A stretch of DNA of 64,000 nucleotides, from the NCBI GenBank assembly GCA_964291395.2, contig OZ219857.1, positions 27,143 to 91,142 of the forward strand, read 5' to 3'. This document shows positions 1 to 11,901 of the stretch, piece by piece. The notes under the pieces are model-generated. The model was not told the origin of the DNA. It worked only from the letters and a program-made list of their open reading frames with translations, and ran no database searches. Each line of letters begins with the position of its first letter. The first letter of the stretch is position 1. The position numbers were made by a program, and so were the translations under genes. The DNA is from Alphaproteobacteria bacterium. GTDB taxonomy: Bacteria; Pseudomonadota; Alphaproteobacteria; UBA2966.

Positions 1-988
1 CAGCGGCACGGCGGTCGACGCGACGGCGCGCATCGGCGGCGCCGACCTCGGGGAGACCCGGCAGGCGCAGGCGGCACAGGCCGGAGACGCGTCCCTCGCC
101 AGCAAATACCGGGGCGCCCGCGGGCTCGACCCGGAGTTCATCAAGGAGATCGAGAAGCTCTACGGCTTCGACAAGCCGGCGCACGTGCGGCTCTTCCAGA
201 TGATCGGCAACTATCTGCGCTTCGACTTCGGCGACTCGTTCTTCCGCGACCGCTCCGTCGTCGACCTGGTCGTCGACAAGATGCCGGTGTCCATCTCGCT
301 CGGCATCTGGACGACGCTGCTCGTCTACTTCATCTCCATCCCGCTCGGCGTCGCCAAGGCGGTGCGCGACGGCACCCGCTTCGACATCTGGACCAGCGCG
401 ACCATCATCGTGGGCTACGCCATCCCGAACTTCCTGTTCGCGGTGCTGCTGGTGGTGCTGTTCGCGGGCGGCAGCTTCTGGGACATCTTCCCCCTGCGCG
501 GCCTGGTCTCGGAGAACTGGTCGGACCTGAGCTGGCCCGACCGCATCGCCGACTACTTCTGGCACATCACGCTGCCGGTGATCTCCATGGTGATCGGCGG
601 CTTCGCCACGCTCACCATGCTGACCAAGAACTCCTTCATCGAGGAGATCAACAAGCAGTACGTGCTCACGGCGCGGGCCAAGGGCCTGACCGAGCGCCGC
701 GTGCTCTACGGCCACGTATTCCGCAACGCCATGCTGATCGTGGTCGCGGGCTTTCCGTCGGCCTTCGTCGGCATCCTGTTCACCGGAAACCTGCTCATCG
801 AGATCATCTTCTCGCTCGACGGGCTGGGCCTGCTGGGCTTCGAAGCGGTCATCAACCGCGACTATCCGGTGATGTTCGGCACGCTCTACGTCTTCACCCT
901 GCTCGGCCTCGTCCTCAATCTGCTGGGCGATCTCATGTACGTCGTCATCGATCCGCGGATCGATTTCGAACGGCGGGACGTGGCCTGA
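1..988 (+). CDS. yejB: Peptide/microcin-type ABC transporter permease, YejB-like (5' end outside the window)
   Basis: The reading frame is open from base 2 (…[47 protein letters not shown]…), so the listed Met at 185 is internal. Multi-TM permease body with EAA-type loop '[20 protein letters not shown]'. Its stop overlaps the start of the next permease gene (ATGA-type junction at 988). Confidence 0.85.
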   Translation, partial: SGTAVDATARIGGADLGETRQAQAAQAGDASLASKYRGARGLDPEFIKEIEKLYGFDKPAHVRLFQMIGNYLRFDFGDSFFRDRSVVDLVVDKMPVSISLGIWTTLLVYFISIPLGVAKAVRDGTRFDIWTSATIIVGYAIPNFLFAVLLVVLFAGGSFWDIFPLRGLVSENWSDLSWPDRIADYFWHITLPVISMVIGGFATLTMLTKNSFIEEINKQYVLTARAKGLTERRVLYGHVFRNAMLIVVAGFPSAFVGILFTGNLLIEIIFSLDGLGLLGFEAVINRDYPVMFGTLYVFTLLGLVLNLLGDLMYVVIDPRIDFERRDVA

Positions 989-2048
989 TGCGGCCGCAGA
1001 TCCCGGGCCAGGACCGTTTCCTGGGGCTCCGCATCACGCCGCTGACCCGGCGTCGCCTGCAGAACTTCCGCGCCAACAGGCGCGGCTACTGGTCCTTCTG
1101 GATCTTCGCGGCGCTCTTCGTCCTGAGCCTCTTCGCCGAGGTCATCGCCAACGACAAGCCGGTCCTCGTCGCCTACAAGGGCGAGCTCCTGACGCCGGTC
1201 CTCGCGGCCTATCCGGAAACGAAGTTCGGCGGCGATTTCGAGACGGAGGCCGATTACCGGGACCCCTTCGTGACGGAGCTCATCGAAGCGGAAGGATGGA
1301 TCGTGTGGCCGCCGATCCGCTACAGCTTCAACACCATCAACTACGATCTGCCCGTTCCCGCGCCCGCGCCGCCCTCGGCCGAGAACTGGCTCGGTACCGA
1401 CGACCAGGGCCGCGACGTCGTCGCCCGCGTGATCTACGGGTTCCGCATCTCCGTCCTGTTCGGATTGGTGCTGACCGCCTTCAGTTCCGTCATCGGCGTC
1501 ATGGCGGGGGCCGTGCAGGGCTATTTCGGCGGCTGGCTCGACCTGCTGTTCCAGCGTTTCATGGAGATCTGGGGCGGCATGCCGGTGCTGTTCCTCCTGA
1601 TCATCCTCGCGTCGGTCATCGAACCCGGATTCTGGACCCTGCTCACCCTGATGCTCCTGTTCAGCTGGATGGCGCTCGTCGGCGTGGTGCGCGCCGAGTT
1701 CCTGCGGGCGCGCAATTTCGAATACGTGCAGGCGGCGCGGGCGCTCGGCGTCGACAACGCCACCATCATGTTCAAGCACCTGCTGCCCAACGCCATGGTC
1801 GCCACGGTCACGTTCCTGCCGTTCATCCTCAACGGCTCGATCACCACGCTGACGTCGCTCGATTTCCTGGGGTTCGGGCTGCCGCCGGGTTCTCCGTCCC
1901 TCGGCGAGCTTCTGGCCCAGGGCAAGGCCAACCTGCAGGCCCCGTGGCTCGGCATTTCGGGTTTCGTCGTCATCGCCTGCACCCTGACCCTGCTGGTGTT
2001 CGTCGGCGAGGCGATCCGCGACGCCTTCGATCCAAGGAAGACCGTGGG

Positions 2049-2052
<4 letters not shown>
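988..2052 (+). CDS. yejE: ABC transporter permease, YejE-like
   Basis: 354-aa ORF with an N-terminal TM segment, then 'LGTDDQGRDVVARVIYGFRISV' and 'EYVQAARALGV', typical of DppC/OppC-type permeases. Sits between yejB and the double-ATPase yejF and overlaps both neighbours. Confidence 0.88.
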
Positions 2053-3686
<1,634 letters not shown>

Positions 3687-3723
3687 CCCGGCCGAGGCGG
3701 ACGAAGAGGCCGAAACGAAACGG

Positions 3724-5118
3724 TCACGCAGCGGGATAGCGATCGGCGATCAGGGCGTACACGGCGCGCATGGCGTGAGCCTCGCCGCCCTCGGGACGCC
3801 CGGGGCGGGAGCGGCGGTTCCAGCCATAGATGTCGAAGTGCGCCCAGGCGCCCGCGTGCTCGACGAAGCGGTCCAGGAACAGCGCCGCGGTGATCGACCC
3901 CGCCATCCGGTCCTCGCCGGCATTGCTGATATCGGCGACCCGCCCGCGGATCATGCTCGCGTAGGGCCGCCAGAGAGGCATGCGCCACACCGGATCGGAA
4001 ACCGACGCGCCGCAACGGGCGAGATCCTCGGCAAGCCCGTCGTCGTGCGTGTACAACGCGGCGAGATCGGGCCCGAGAGCGACGCGGGCGGCACCGGTCA
4101 ACGTCGCGAAATCGAACAGCAGCTCGGGTTTCTCCCGATCGGCTTCGGCCAGGGCGTCCGCCAGGACGAGGCGCCCCTCGGCGTCGGTGTTGCCGATCTC
4201 CACGGTCACGCCCTTGCGGCTCGTAAGCACGTCGCCGGGGCGGAAGCTGTCGCCCGAGACGCTGTTCTCGACCGCCGGGATCATGACGCGCAGACGAACC
4301 CTGAGCCCGGCGTCCATGATCATCTGCGCCAGCCCCAGCGCCGCGGCGGCACCCCCCATGTCCTTCTTCATCAAGGCCATGCCGGACGCCGGCTTCAGAT
4401 CGAGGCCGCCGGAATCGAAGCAAACGCCCTTGCCCACGATCGTGACCTTCGGGTGTCTCGCCGACCCCCACCGCATGTCGATCAACCGGGGCGCCCGGTC
4501 GCTCGCCCGGCCCACGGCGTGGATCATGGGGTAGTTCCGCTCGAGCAACGCGTCGCCGACGACGACCCGGCATCTCGCGCCGCCCGCATGCGCGACGCGT
4601 TTGGCCTCGGCGGCCAGTTCCGCGGGTCCGAGATCGGCGGCGGGCGTATTGATCAGGTCGCGCACGAGCGCGACCGCGCCGTACGTCCGCAGGATTCCGG
4701 AACGGTCGGCGCCCGACGGCCACACCAGGCGGGCGCACGTCCCGTCCTTCCCCTTGCCGTAGCGCGTGAAGGCATAGCCGCCCAACGCCCATCCGAAGGC
4801 GACCTTGGTCACGAGACCCGCCTCGAGGGAGCCCTCCAACCGGTACGTGCCGCGCGGCAGCGACGACGGGAGAGCCGCGAAATCCCAGAAGGCCGGCGAG
4901 GCCGCCATGCCGCACAAGGCCGACGACGGCGCGCCGCCTCTGCCGGGAACCAGCAGGTGCTGTCCGCACTTGCCTTCGAAACCGTTGGATTTCACCCACG
5001 ACCTGACCGCCGGGGGCCGGGACGCCAGCCAGGACGGCAGGGCGTCCTCGCTCAGCGGATGAAGGGGGACCGCGCGTCGCGCCGCCGATACGAACGCCGG
5101 CAATTCGGTCATCGACAT
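3724..5118 (-). CDS. M17 leucyl aminopeptidase family protein
   Basis: 464 aa with the M17 catalytic-domain signature 'NTDAEGRLVLADAL' and 'VGKGVCFDSGGLDLKP'. Confidence 0.88.
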   Translation of the reverse strand: MSMTELPAFVSAARRAVPLHPLSEDALPSWLASRPPAVRSWVKSNGFEGKCGQHLLVPGRGGAPSSALCGMAASPAFWDFAALPSSLPRGTYRLEGSLEAGLVTKVAFGWALGGYAFTRYGKGKDGTCARLVWPSGADRSGILRTYGAVALVRDLINTPAADLGPAELAAEAKRVAHAGGARCRVVVGDALLERNYPMIHAVGRASDRAPRLIDMRWGSARHPKVTIVGKGVCFDSGGLDLKPASGMALMKKDMGGAAAALGLAQMIMDAGLRVRLRVMIPAVENSVSGDSFRPGDVLTSRKGVTVEIGNTDAEGRLVLADALAEADREKPELLFDFATLTGAARVALGPDLAALYTHDDGLAEDLARCGASVSDPVWRMPLWRPYASMIRGRVADISNAGEDRMAGSITAALFLDRFVEHAGAWAHFDIYGWNRRSRPGRPEGGEAHAMRAVYALIADRYPAA

Positions 5119-5137
5119 CTCGAGGCCGGGGCGCCGG

Positions 5138-6109
5138 TCAGAGGGTGACGACGACGTTGCCCATCACCCTGCCGCTTTCCACGGCCTCGTGCGCCTCGAC
5201 GATGTCGGCCAGCGGATACGTCTCGGCGATCGTGTGCCGGAGCGACCCGGCCTTCAACAGCTCATTGACCGCCGCCGCACAGGCGTCGCGCACCTCGTCC
5301 GTCAACCGATACATGATGAAGAAACGGAAGGTGATGTCGTTGCGCATGCACCACACGGCGGGGATCTCGGCGGCCGGCGGCGTCGAGCCGTAGACGACGA
5401 CCGTCCCCCCGGGCCGCAGGACGTCCGGAATCAGACCCGCATTGCCGCCGAGATCGACCTCGACGATGCGATCGACGCGACGCCCTCCCGTGATCTCCTG
5501 CACCCGTTCGCCCACGTTTTCGGTCTTGTAATCGATCGTGTGATCGGCCCCGCCGGCCCTGGCGTGGGCCGCCTTCTCCGCCGAGCTCACCGTGGCGATC
5601 ACGGTCGCACCCTGCAACTTCGCGATCTGTACGACGTAGTGTCCCACGGCACCGGCACCGCCCGGCACGAGAAGCGTCTGCCCCGAGACATCGCCATCCA
5701 GGGTCAGCGCCCGATAGGCCGTGAGCACGGGAATGCCGAGACAGGCACCGGCGGCCTCGTCCGTGCCTCCGGGCAGGGGAACGGCATAATCCGAGCCGAT
5801 CGCGATGTACTCGGCTGCCGTGCCGTGCGGCCGGCGCCACTGGCCGTTGATCGTCCAGACCCGCTCTCCGATGCGGGACTCGGGTACCCCGTCGCCGACC
5901 GCGTCGACCTCTCCGGCGCCGTCGCTGTGGGGAATGATGGTGGGGAATTCCAAGTCCATCCCCTGGCGCTTCTTCACGTCGGACGGATTGACGCCCGACG
6001 CCGCGACGCGGATCCGCACCTCGCCGGGTGCCGGCGTCGGCGTGTCCACTTCACCGACTTCCAATACGTCGGCAGCCGCGCCCTTCCGGCGATAGTAGGC
6101 AGCTCTCAT
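5138..6109 (-). CDS. NADPH:quinone reductase / zinc-type alcohol dehydrogenase superfamily (MDR) oxidoreductase
   Basis: 323 aa with N-terminal GroES-like fold 'GEVRIRVAASGVNPSD' and Rossmann motif 'VPGGAGAVGHYVVQIAKLQGA'. Confidence 0.85.
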   Translation of the reverse strand: MRAAYYRRKGAAADVLEVGEVDTPTPAPGEVRIRVAASGVNPSDVKKRQGMDLEFPTIIPHSDGAGEVDAVGDGVPESRIGERVWTINGQWRRPHGTAAEYIAIGSDYAVPLPGGTDEAAGACLGIPVLTAYRALTLDGDVSGQTLLVPGGAGAVGHYVVQIAKLQGATVIATVSSAEKAAHARAGGADHTIDYKTENVGERVQEITGGRRVDRIVEVDLGGNAGLIPDVLRPGGTVVVYGSTPPAAEIPAVWCMRNDITFRFFIMYRLTDEVRDACAAAVNELLKAGSLRHTIAETYPLADIVEAHEAVESGRVMGNVVVTL

Positions 6110-6136
6110 TCCGTTTCTCCTCGTACGACGGAGTCC

Positions 6137-7591
6137 CTAGTCGTATCCCGGCGGCGGCACGAAGCCTCCGATCTCGTCGGCAAGCAGACGTGCGAATTCG
6201 ATCGTCGTGTGGTCCTCCAGGTGAGGGCCGACAATCTGCACGCCGACCGGGAGACCGTCCGGCGTCAGGCCGGCCGGCGCCGACGTCCCCGGCAGGTAGA
6301 CGTTGCAGCTGATGCCCGCCCAGAAGAGCTGGTCGTTGTAGTTCTCCTGCCTGCCGTTGACCGTGACGGTCCGGAAGAACCGTTCCACGTCCTGCTGATG
6401 GGGCATGGCGGCGGTCGCCGCCACGGGGCACAGCAGCACGTCCCAATCCCGAAAAAAGGCCTCCCAGGCGGCCCGGTCCCGCGTGCGCTGCTGATCGGCG
6501 ACGGACCAGTCCCGATGGGACTGGACCGCGGCACGCAGCGCGCGGGCCCGGAAGCTCTCGTCGTCGGCCGACAGGGCTACGGCCTGTTCCGCCGCGTCGT
6601 CGATGAAGGATTGCGGCAGGATGCCCGCCGAGGCGCCCCTCAGGAGTTGAACGTAGTTGGCATGAGCCTCCGCCATGTCGATCTCCGCACGGGCCGAGTC
6701 CGAGACCAGGGCGCCTGCCTTGGCACAGGCATCGGCGACCGCCTGTATACGGTCGGTGACGTCGCCGTCGACGGCGCAAACCGGAGACTCCAGCAGCACG
6801 GCGACGCGGTAGTCCGACAACTTGGCGTGGCGCGGCCCCGGCAGCTCGAGCTTCCAGGCCTTGGCATCGAGGCCGTCGGCGCCGGCCATCACGTCGAGCG
6901 CGGTCGCCAGATCCTCGGCACTGCGCGCCATGGGCCCGACCACGAGGATGTCGAGAGGCTTGGGATAGCCCGGAAAGTCGTGGCCGGTGGTGGGCAGGAT
7001 GCCGAAGGTCGGCTTGTGTCCGTAGACGCCGCAATAGTGCGCCGGATTGCGGATCGAGGAGCCGATGTCGCTGCCCGCATCGAGGGCGGAGAGACCTGCC
7101 GCGAGAGCGGCGGCCGATCCGCCGGACGAGCCTCCGGGTGCGCGCGAGAGGTCCCAGGGATTGTTCGTCGTGCCGTACATGACGTTGAAGGTCTGCCAAT
7201 CCATCAGCCAGAGCGGCACGTTGGTCGTGCCGAACAGGATGGCGCCGGCGTCGAGGAGACGGTCGACCACGACGGCGTTCTCCTCCGGAACGTGCGACGC
7301 GAGGCCGGGATCGCCCCATGTCATGTGCAGACCGGCGACGCCGAAGGCTTCCTTGATCGTCATGGGCACGCCGTGAAACGGCCCCCAGATCTCATCCCTC
7401 GCCAGCGCCTCGTCGGCCCGGCGCGCACGTTCCCGGGCGCGCTCCGGATCGAGCTCGATGATGGCGTTGAGGCCCGGGTTGTAGCGGTCGACCCTGTCCA
7501 GGCAGTGGTCGAGGAGCTCGAGGCATCCCACGTCCCCGGCCCGCACGCGGCGCGCGAGTTCGAACGCGGGAAGATAGGCGATGTCGCTCAT
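6137..7591 (-). CDS. Amidase-signature (AS) family amidase
   Basis: Gly/Ser-rich AS motif 'GGSSGGSAAALAAGLSALDAGSDIGSSIRNPA'. The N-terminus 'MSDIAYLPAFELARRV…NPGLNA' looks like a normal amidase start. The listed 787-aa ORF is an upstream extension. An alternative in-frame GTG at 7744 would add a twin-arginine-like leader (see findings). Confidence 0.8.
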   Translation of the reverse strand: MSDIAYLPAFELARRVRAGDVGCLELLDHCLDRVDRYNPGLNAIIELDPERARERARRADEALARDEIWGPFHGVPMTIKEAFGVAGLHMTWGDPGLASHVPEENAVVVDRLLDAGAILFGTTNVPLWLMDWQTFNVMYGTTNNPWDLSRAPGGSSGGSAAALAAGLSALDAGSDIGSSIRNPAHYCGVYGHKPTFGILPTTGHDFPGYPKPLDILVVGPMARSAEDLATALDVMAGADGLDAKAWKLELPGPRHAKLSDYRVAVLLESPVCAVDGDVTDRIQAVADACAKAGALVSDSARAEIDMAEAHANYVQLLRGASAGILPQSFIDDAAEQAVALSADDESFRARALRAAVQSHRDWSVADQQRTRDRAAWEAFFRDWDVLLCPVAATAAMPHQQDVERFFRTVTVNGRQENYNDQLFWAGISCNVYLPGTSAPAGLTPDGLPVGVQIVGPHLEDHTTIEFARLLADEIGGFVPPPGYD

Positions 7592-7798
7592 GTCCCGTTC
7601 CCAGTCGTCGTCGGTCGAGGAAGTTTCACCAGCCGCCGGCGCAGCCGAAAACCTTCCCTTCCAGAATATGCCTGCGGCCATGGCAAGGAGGCCACCCGCG
7701 ACCAGGCGGAAACGGCGGGCATCCCGTGATATCGCTTGAGGCACTCGGGAATCCGGGAGTATGGTCGGACCCACGTCACCGGCCAGCCTTGGCGGATC

Positions 7799-8743
7799 AT
7801 GAGTAATACCGAACTCGATGCCTTGCAACCCGACCCGTCGACGACCGCGACGGAGATATACCGGAACGCCGGAGTCGACGTGGTTCCGGTTGCGGACGCC
7901 ATCGGCGCCGAAATTCGCGGCCTCGACCTGAGGAACGAACTCACTCCGGCAGCCCGTGCCGCGGTGCACCGTGCCTGGCTCGAACACTGCGTCATCCTCG
8001 TGCGGGACCAACGGCTGAGCGATGCGGACCTGATTCGGTTCAGCCGCGGCTTTGGCGACCTCGACCACGGCCCGCCCATGCCGCGTGCGGCGGACCACGA
8101 CACCCATCCGGAAATCTTCATCGTTTCGAACGTGTTGGAGGACGGACAGCCGATCGGGTTTCTCGACGACCGCCCACTGCCGTGGCACACCGACATGTCC
8201 TATGCCGAGGTGCCTCCGAAGGCCAGCACGCTCCACGCCCTGGAAGTGCCGGAAGACGGAAGCGGCAGCACCGGTTTCATCAACATGTACAAGGTGCTCG
8301 ACTCCCTGCCCGCGGCACTGAGGAACCGCATCGCCTCGCTGCAGCTGAAACACGATCCCGCCCACGCTCTGCAGGGTGAGGTTCGACACGGTTTCGATGC
8401 GGAGGCATACGAACACATCGAGTCGGCGCCCGGACCCGTGCACCCTCTCGTACGCACGCATCCGGAGACCCGCCGAAGAGCCTTGTATCTTGGACGCCAT
8501 TGGAACGGCGACAAGCGCGCGACGTTCGTCCCGGGTATGTCACGCGCCCAGTCGGACTCGCTTCTCGACGAACTCTGGCAATTCGTCGCCGAGGAGCGGT
8601 ACGCCTGGTACCACGAGTGGCGCGTGGGCGACTACGTGATGTGGGACAACCGCTGCGTCATGCACCGGCGCGGTCCCTTCAACTCGGCCATGCGCCGCGT
8701 CATGCACCGCACACAGATCAAGGACACCGTGCGGCCGATGTAG
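7799..8743 (+). CDS. TauD/TfdA-family Fe(II)/2-oxoglutarate-dependent dioxygenase
   Basis: ATG at 7799 (MSNTELDA…). Motif 'WHTDMSY' (the HxD iron ligands), 'WDNRCVMHRR' near the C-terminus, and 'IGAEIRGLDL' near the N-terminus. Confidence 0.85.
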   Translation: MSNTELDALQPDPSTTATEIYRNAGVDVVPVADAIGAEIRGLDLRNELTPAARAAVHRAWLEHCVILVRDQRLSDADLIRFSRGFGDLDHGPPMPRAADHDTHPEIFIVSNVLEDGQPIGFLDDRPLPWHTDMSYAEVPPKASTLHALEVPEDGSGSTGFINMYKVLDSLPAALRNRIASLQLKHDPAHALQGEVRHGFDAEAYEHIESAPGPVHPLVRTHPETRRRALYLGRHWNGDKRATFVPGMSRAQSDSLLDELWQFVAEERYAWYHEWRVGDYVMWDNRCVMHRRGPFNSAMRRVMHRTQIKDTVRPM

Positions 8744-8758
8744 CTCCTGCGCCTTCTC

Positions 8759-9745
8759 CTAAGCCGCCACGAACCCGAAAACGATCGCGTGAGACGTGGC
8801 CGGGTCGAGGAAGAAAGCCGGGTCCCGGTCATCCCGACGGACGTCGTTGTCGACGATGGCGGCACCGCGCTCCTTCAGACCCTCGCGCGTTTCATGGAGG
8901 TCCTTGCAGCGCAGAACGACGTCGTGGACACCCTTGCCCCGGGTGGGGCGGAATCGGGTCAGCGGGTGCCCTTCCCCGAAGTCATGGGCGACTTCGCGGA
9001 ACTGGAGGTCCGCGTCGCCGATCTCGACGCGCGACCACGGCAGGCCCGATCCGTTCTCCGCGCCGCGCTCCCGGACGGTCATTCCGATGACCTTCTCGCA
9101 GACGCCGGTGGCCGCATCGACGCCGTCGACAAGAATCCCCACGTGGTCGATACCGTCGAAATAGGGTGACACGGGCGTCTCCCCGCCATCGAGCGTATCG
9201 AGCCAGCCGCCTTCCTCGTCGTTCCAGACCAATCCGTCGGCCTCGCTGCGCTCGGTGAACTGGAGGAGCACGCCGAAGGTATGTTTGGGATCGGGGAAGA
9301 AGAGCTGGCTGCCCCGGATGCCGGGCCGCTCGCCGCCTGCCAGATCGTCGAACAGGGGTATGCCTTGGGCCTTCAACCTGCGCCAGGCGGCCTTGAGATC
9401 CGGCACTTTCACACCGATGTGATGGACCCCCTCGCCCCACCGTTCCAGGTAGCGGATGAACACGGCCGTATCCAGGTGCAGATTCCCTTCTTTCCCGACC
9501 TGGCGCAGCCGGGACGGGTCCCGCGGGGGGACGTAGTCGGGTTCCGCCTCGGAATCGACGCCAGGCCTCGGCGGCTGCTGGATGACGAAATCCCCCTCCC
9601 CGAAACGGATGAGACCGTTCTTCAGGCCGCTGGTCGGATCCGTAGCGATGCCGTAGACCGGCGCGCCGAGAACGTTCTCGAAGAAGTCGATGGCCTTCCG
9701 CCGGTCATGAATGGCCAGGCCGAGATGGTCGATGTTGGTGATCAT
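8759..9745 (-). CDS. VOC (glyoxalase/bleomycin-resistance/extradiol dioxygenase) family protein, two modules
   Basis: 328 aa. 'IDHLGLAIHD…AIDFFENVLG' and a second 'IDHVGILVDG…' module. 'GVHHIGVKVPDL' is typical of VOC beta-alpha-beta-beta-beta units. Confidence 0.75.
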   Translation of the reverse strand: MITNIDHLGLAIHDRRKAIDFFENVLGAPVYGIATDPTSGLKNGLIRFGEGDFVIQQPPRPGVDSEAEPDYVPPRDPSRLRQVGKEGNLHLDTAVFIRYLERWGEGVHHIGVKVPDLKAAWRRLKAQGIPLFDDLAGGERPGIRGSQLFFPDPKHTFGVLLQFTERSEADGLVWNDEEGGWLDTLDGGETPVSPYFDGIDHVGILVDGVDAATGVCEKVIGMTVRERGAENGSGLPWSRVEIGDADLQFREVAHDFGEGHPLTRFRPTRGKGVHDVVLRCKDLHETREGLKERGAAIVDNDVRRDDRDPAFFLDPATSHAIVFGFVAA

Positions 9746-9784
9746 GGTTTCCGTTCCCCCGCGATTGGATTCCGATGCCGGCTC

Positions 9785-11362
9785 TCACGACGGCGGCGGC
9801 GTCCGGTACGTCTCCACCAGACGGCGGCGGAGCAGTTTGCCCGTAGGACCCTTGGGCATCGTTTCGATGAACCGGATCGTCTTCGGACACTTGTATGCCG
9901 CCAAGCGACGGCGGCAGAAGTCGATGATCTCCTCCACGGCCGGCGTGGCTCCTTCGACCGGCACCACGAACGCCCTGACCTCTTCACCGTACTTGGCATC
10001 GCCGACGCCGACGACGGCCGCCTCCCGGATTTCAGGGTGCTGCAGCAGGACCTCGTCGACCTCGCGCGGATAGACGTTCTGGCCGCCGCGAATGATCAAG
10101 TCCTTCTTCCGGTCGACGATGTAGAGGTAGCCGTCGGCGTCCAAGTAGCCGATGTCTCCGGTCAGGAACCATCCATCCCGGAAGGCGGCCTCCGTTGCCT
10201 CCGGGTCGTTGAAGTACCCCCGCGTGATGGCGCTGCCCTGAAGAATGACCTCGCCCCGCGCTCCGGGCGCGAGGGGATGGCCGTCATCGTCCGCGACGGC
10301 AATACGCGCGTCGCCGATCGCCCGGCCGACGGAGCCGAAGCGACGATAACCCTCTTCCCGGCCGGGCCGAAACACCCCTTGCGGCGGCACGGGGTTGAAC
10401 GTGACGCGGCAGACCGTCTCGGTCAGGCCGTAACCCTCGATGATGACGGTGCCGAACGCGCGCTCGAACTCCTCCAGCAACGGCACCGGCAGCGAACTGG
10501 AGCCGCAGATGAACAATCGAAGACCATGGGCCGGAGGCGCTGACGCGCCCGACGCCCGATGCGCCTCGAGCAGGATGTAAAGCACGGTGGGCGCGGCGCT
10601 GCAGTAGGTCGCTCCGGTCTCCGCAGCGAGGGTCCAGAACGCGGACGCGCTGAACCGCCGCGGCACAACGACGCTGGCCCCCGCGACGAGGGCCGCGATC
10701 ACGGAGTGCATTTCGGCGTTGGTGTGATAGAGCGGCAGGACACAGAGGGAACGATCCTCGGGGCCGAATCCCATCCAATCGACGATATAGTAGCAATCCG
10801 CCAGGATGTTCCGGTGGCTCAGCATGACCCCCTTGGGACGGCCGGTAGAACCCGAGGTATGGACGATCTGAGCGACGGAGTCGGCGTCCACGTGCGGCAG
10901 GGACGTGCCGCCCCGGTCGGCAGGTTCACGTGAATCCCACAGGGATCTCGGATCGTCGCAGACGCGTTTGGCGGGGCATCCGTCGCGCCGCACCAGCTCA
11001 ACGAAGTTCGAGTCGGCGCAGACGACCTCGACCGCCGCATTGGCGAGGATGAAGTCGACCTCGCTTTCCCGCAACGCCGTGTTGATCGGGCAGGCGACGG
11101 CGCCCAGCGACATGACTCCGAAATAGACGACGACGAAGTCGAGGCCGTTCGCCATCACGAGGCCGACGTTATCGCCGGGCTTCACGCCCCACTGGTCGCG
11201 CAGGCATCGGGCGACGGCGCGGGTCGCTTCGCGCAATTCGGCGTAGGTCAACTCGGCGTCGTCATCCGGGGCGGTCAGGAAGGGGCGATTCGGCGTCGCC
11301 GCCGCCCGCAACTCGATCAGCGCGGGCAGACTTTCGAATATCCTGGGTTCGACTTCCGTCAT
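9785..11362 (-). CDS. AMP-dependent acyl-CoA synthetase/ligase
   Basis: 525 aa. AMP-binding motif 'HTSGSTGRPKGV', 'GYGLTE', 'GDIGYLDADGYLYIVDRKKDLI' and C-terminal 'PKGPTGKLLRR'. Confidence 0.9.
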   Translation of the reverse strand: MTEVEPRIFESLPALIELRAAATPNRPFLTAPDDDAELTYAELREATRAVARCLRDQWGVKPGDNVGLVMANGLDFVVVYFGVMSLGAVACPINTALRESEVDFILANAAVEVVCADSNFVELVRRDGCPAKRVCDDPRSLWDSREPADRGGTSLPHVDADSVAQIVHTSGSTGRPKGVMLSHRNILADCYYIVDWMGFGPEDRSLCVLPLYHTNAEMHSVIAALVAGASVVVPRRFSASAFWTLAAETGATYCSAAPTVLYILLEAHRASGASAPPAHGLRLFICGSSSLPVPLLEEFERAFGTVIIEGYGLTETVCRVTFNPVPPQGVFRPGREEGYRRFGSVGRAIGDARIAVADDDGHPLAPGARGEVILQGSAITRGYFNDPEATEAAFRDGWFLTGDIGYLDADGYLYIVDRKKDLIIRGGQNVYPREVDEVLLQHPEIREAAVVGVGDAKYGEEVRAFVVPVEGATPAVEEIIDFCRRRLAAYKCPKTIRFIETMPKGPTGKLLRRRLVETYRTPPPS

Positions 11363-11669
11363 GGACGCGCCCGTACAAGCGCCGAGGGGATCGTGAAGTT
11401 CCGCTCGGCGACCTGCCTCAGCCTCGAGAACTCGGCGGAGTCCTAGCTCTCCGCAACCGATACGTCCAATACGGATTTGAGAGGCCGGATTTACCGTCGG
11501 CGCCGCGCAGGACGTCGAACGCGTTCACGTCCGCGTTCACCCGGTCGCGACAGGCATGGGACTCGCCCCGCGCCCGGCGTCGTCACGACACTTTCAGCCT
11601 CCACGGGCTGTTTCCCGCCGCGGCCGTCAGCATGGCGCGCGAAATCGGGCGGGCGCCCACGGACGCCGA

Positions 11670-11873
11670 TCAGATGCTCCGGCGGGCGGGCTCCTCGGCC
11701 ACCGTGAAGCGGGCGTAGCAATCGCCGCGGGTCTCCTCGGCGACCCGGCGCCACGCAACCAACGCCGCGTCACGATCCGAATAGGGGCCCATCACACGCT
11801 CGCTGCCGCTCACGAGCTCGTTGAAGCTCGTATCCGTGTACTCGCCGCCAACGACCCAGAATCTCGTATTCAT
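11670..11873 (-). CDS. DUF4170-like small protein
   Basis: 67-aa reading from the ATG at 11873: 'MNTRFWVVGGEYTDTSFNELV…MGPYSDRDAALVAWRRVAEETRGDCYARFTV'. It matches my memory of the small alphaproteobacterial DUF4170 family. The listed 141-aa ORF is an Arg/Pro-rich upstream over-extension. Confidence 0.6.
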   Translation of the reverse strand: MNTRFWVVGGEYTDTSFNELVSGSERVMGPYSDRDAALVAWRRVAEETRGDCYARFTVAEEPARRSI

Positions 11874-11901
11874 CACAGGATCCCCCGCCGATTGATGTGC
11901 G

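Noticed and set aside
11363-11669. 307-bp gap between the acyl-CoA ligase start and the DUF4170-like gene, checked for a hidden small gene or repeat.
   Set aside because: All three minus-strand and all three plus-strand frames give only short or Arg-rich ORFs with no recognisable similarity. No inverted or tandem repeats were seen.
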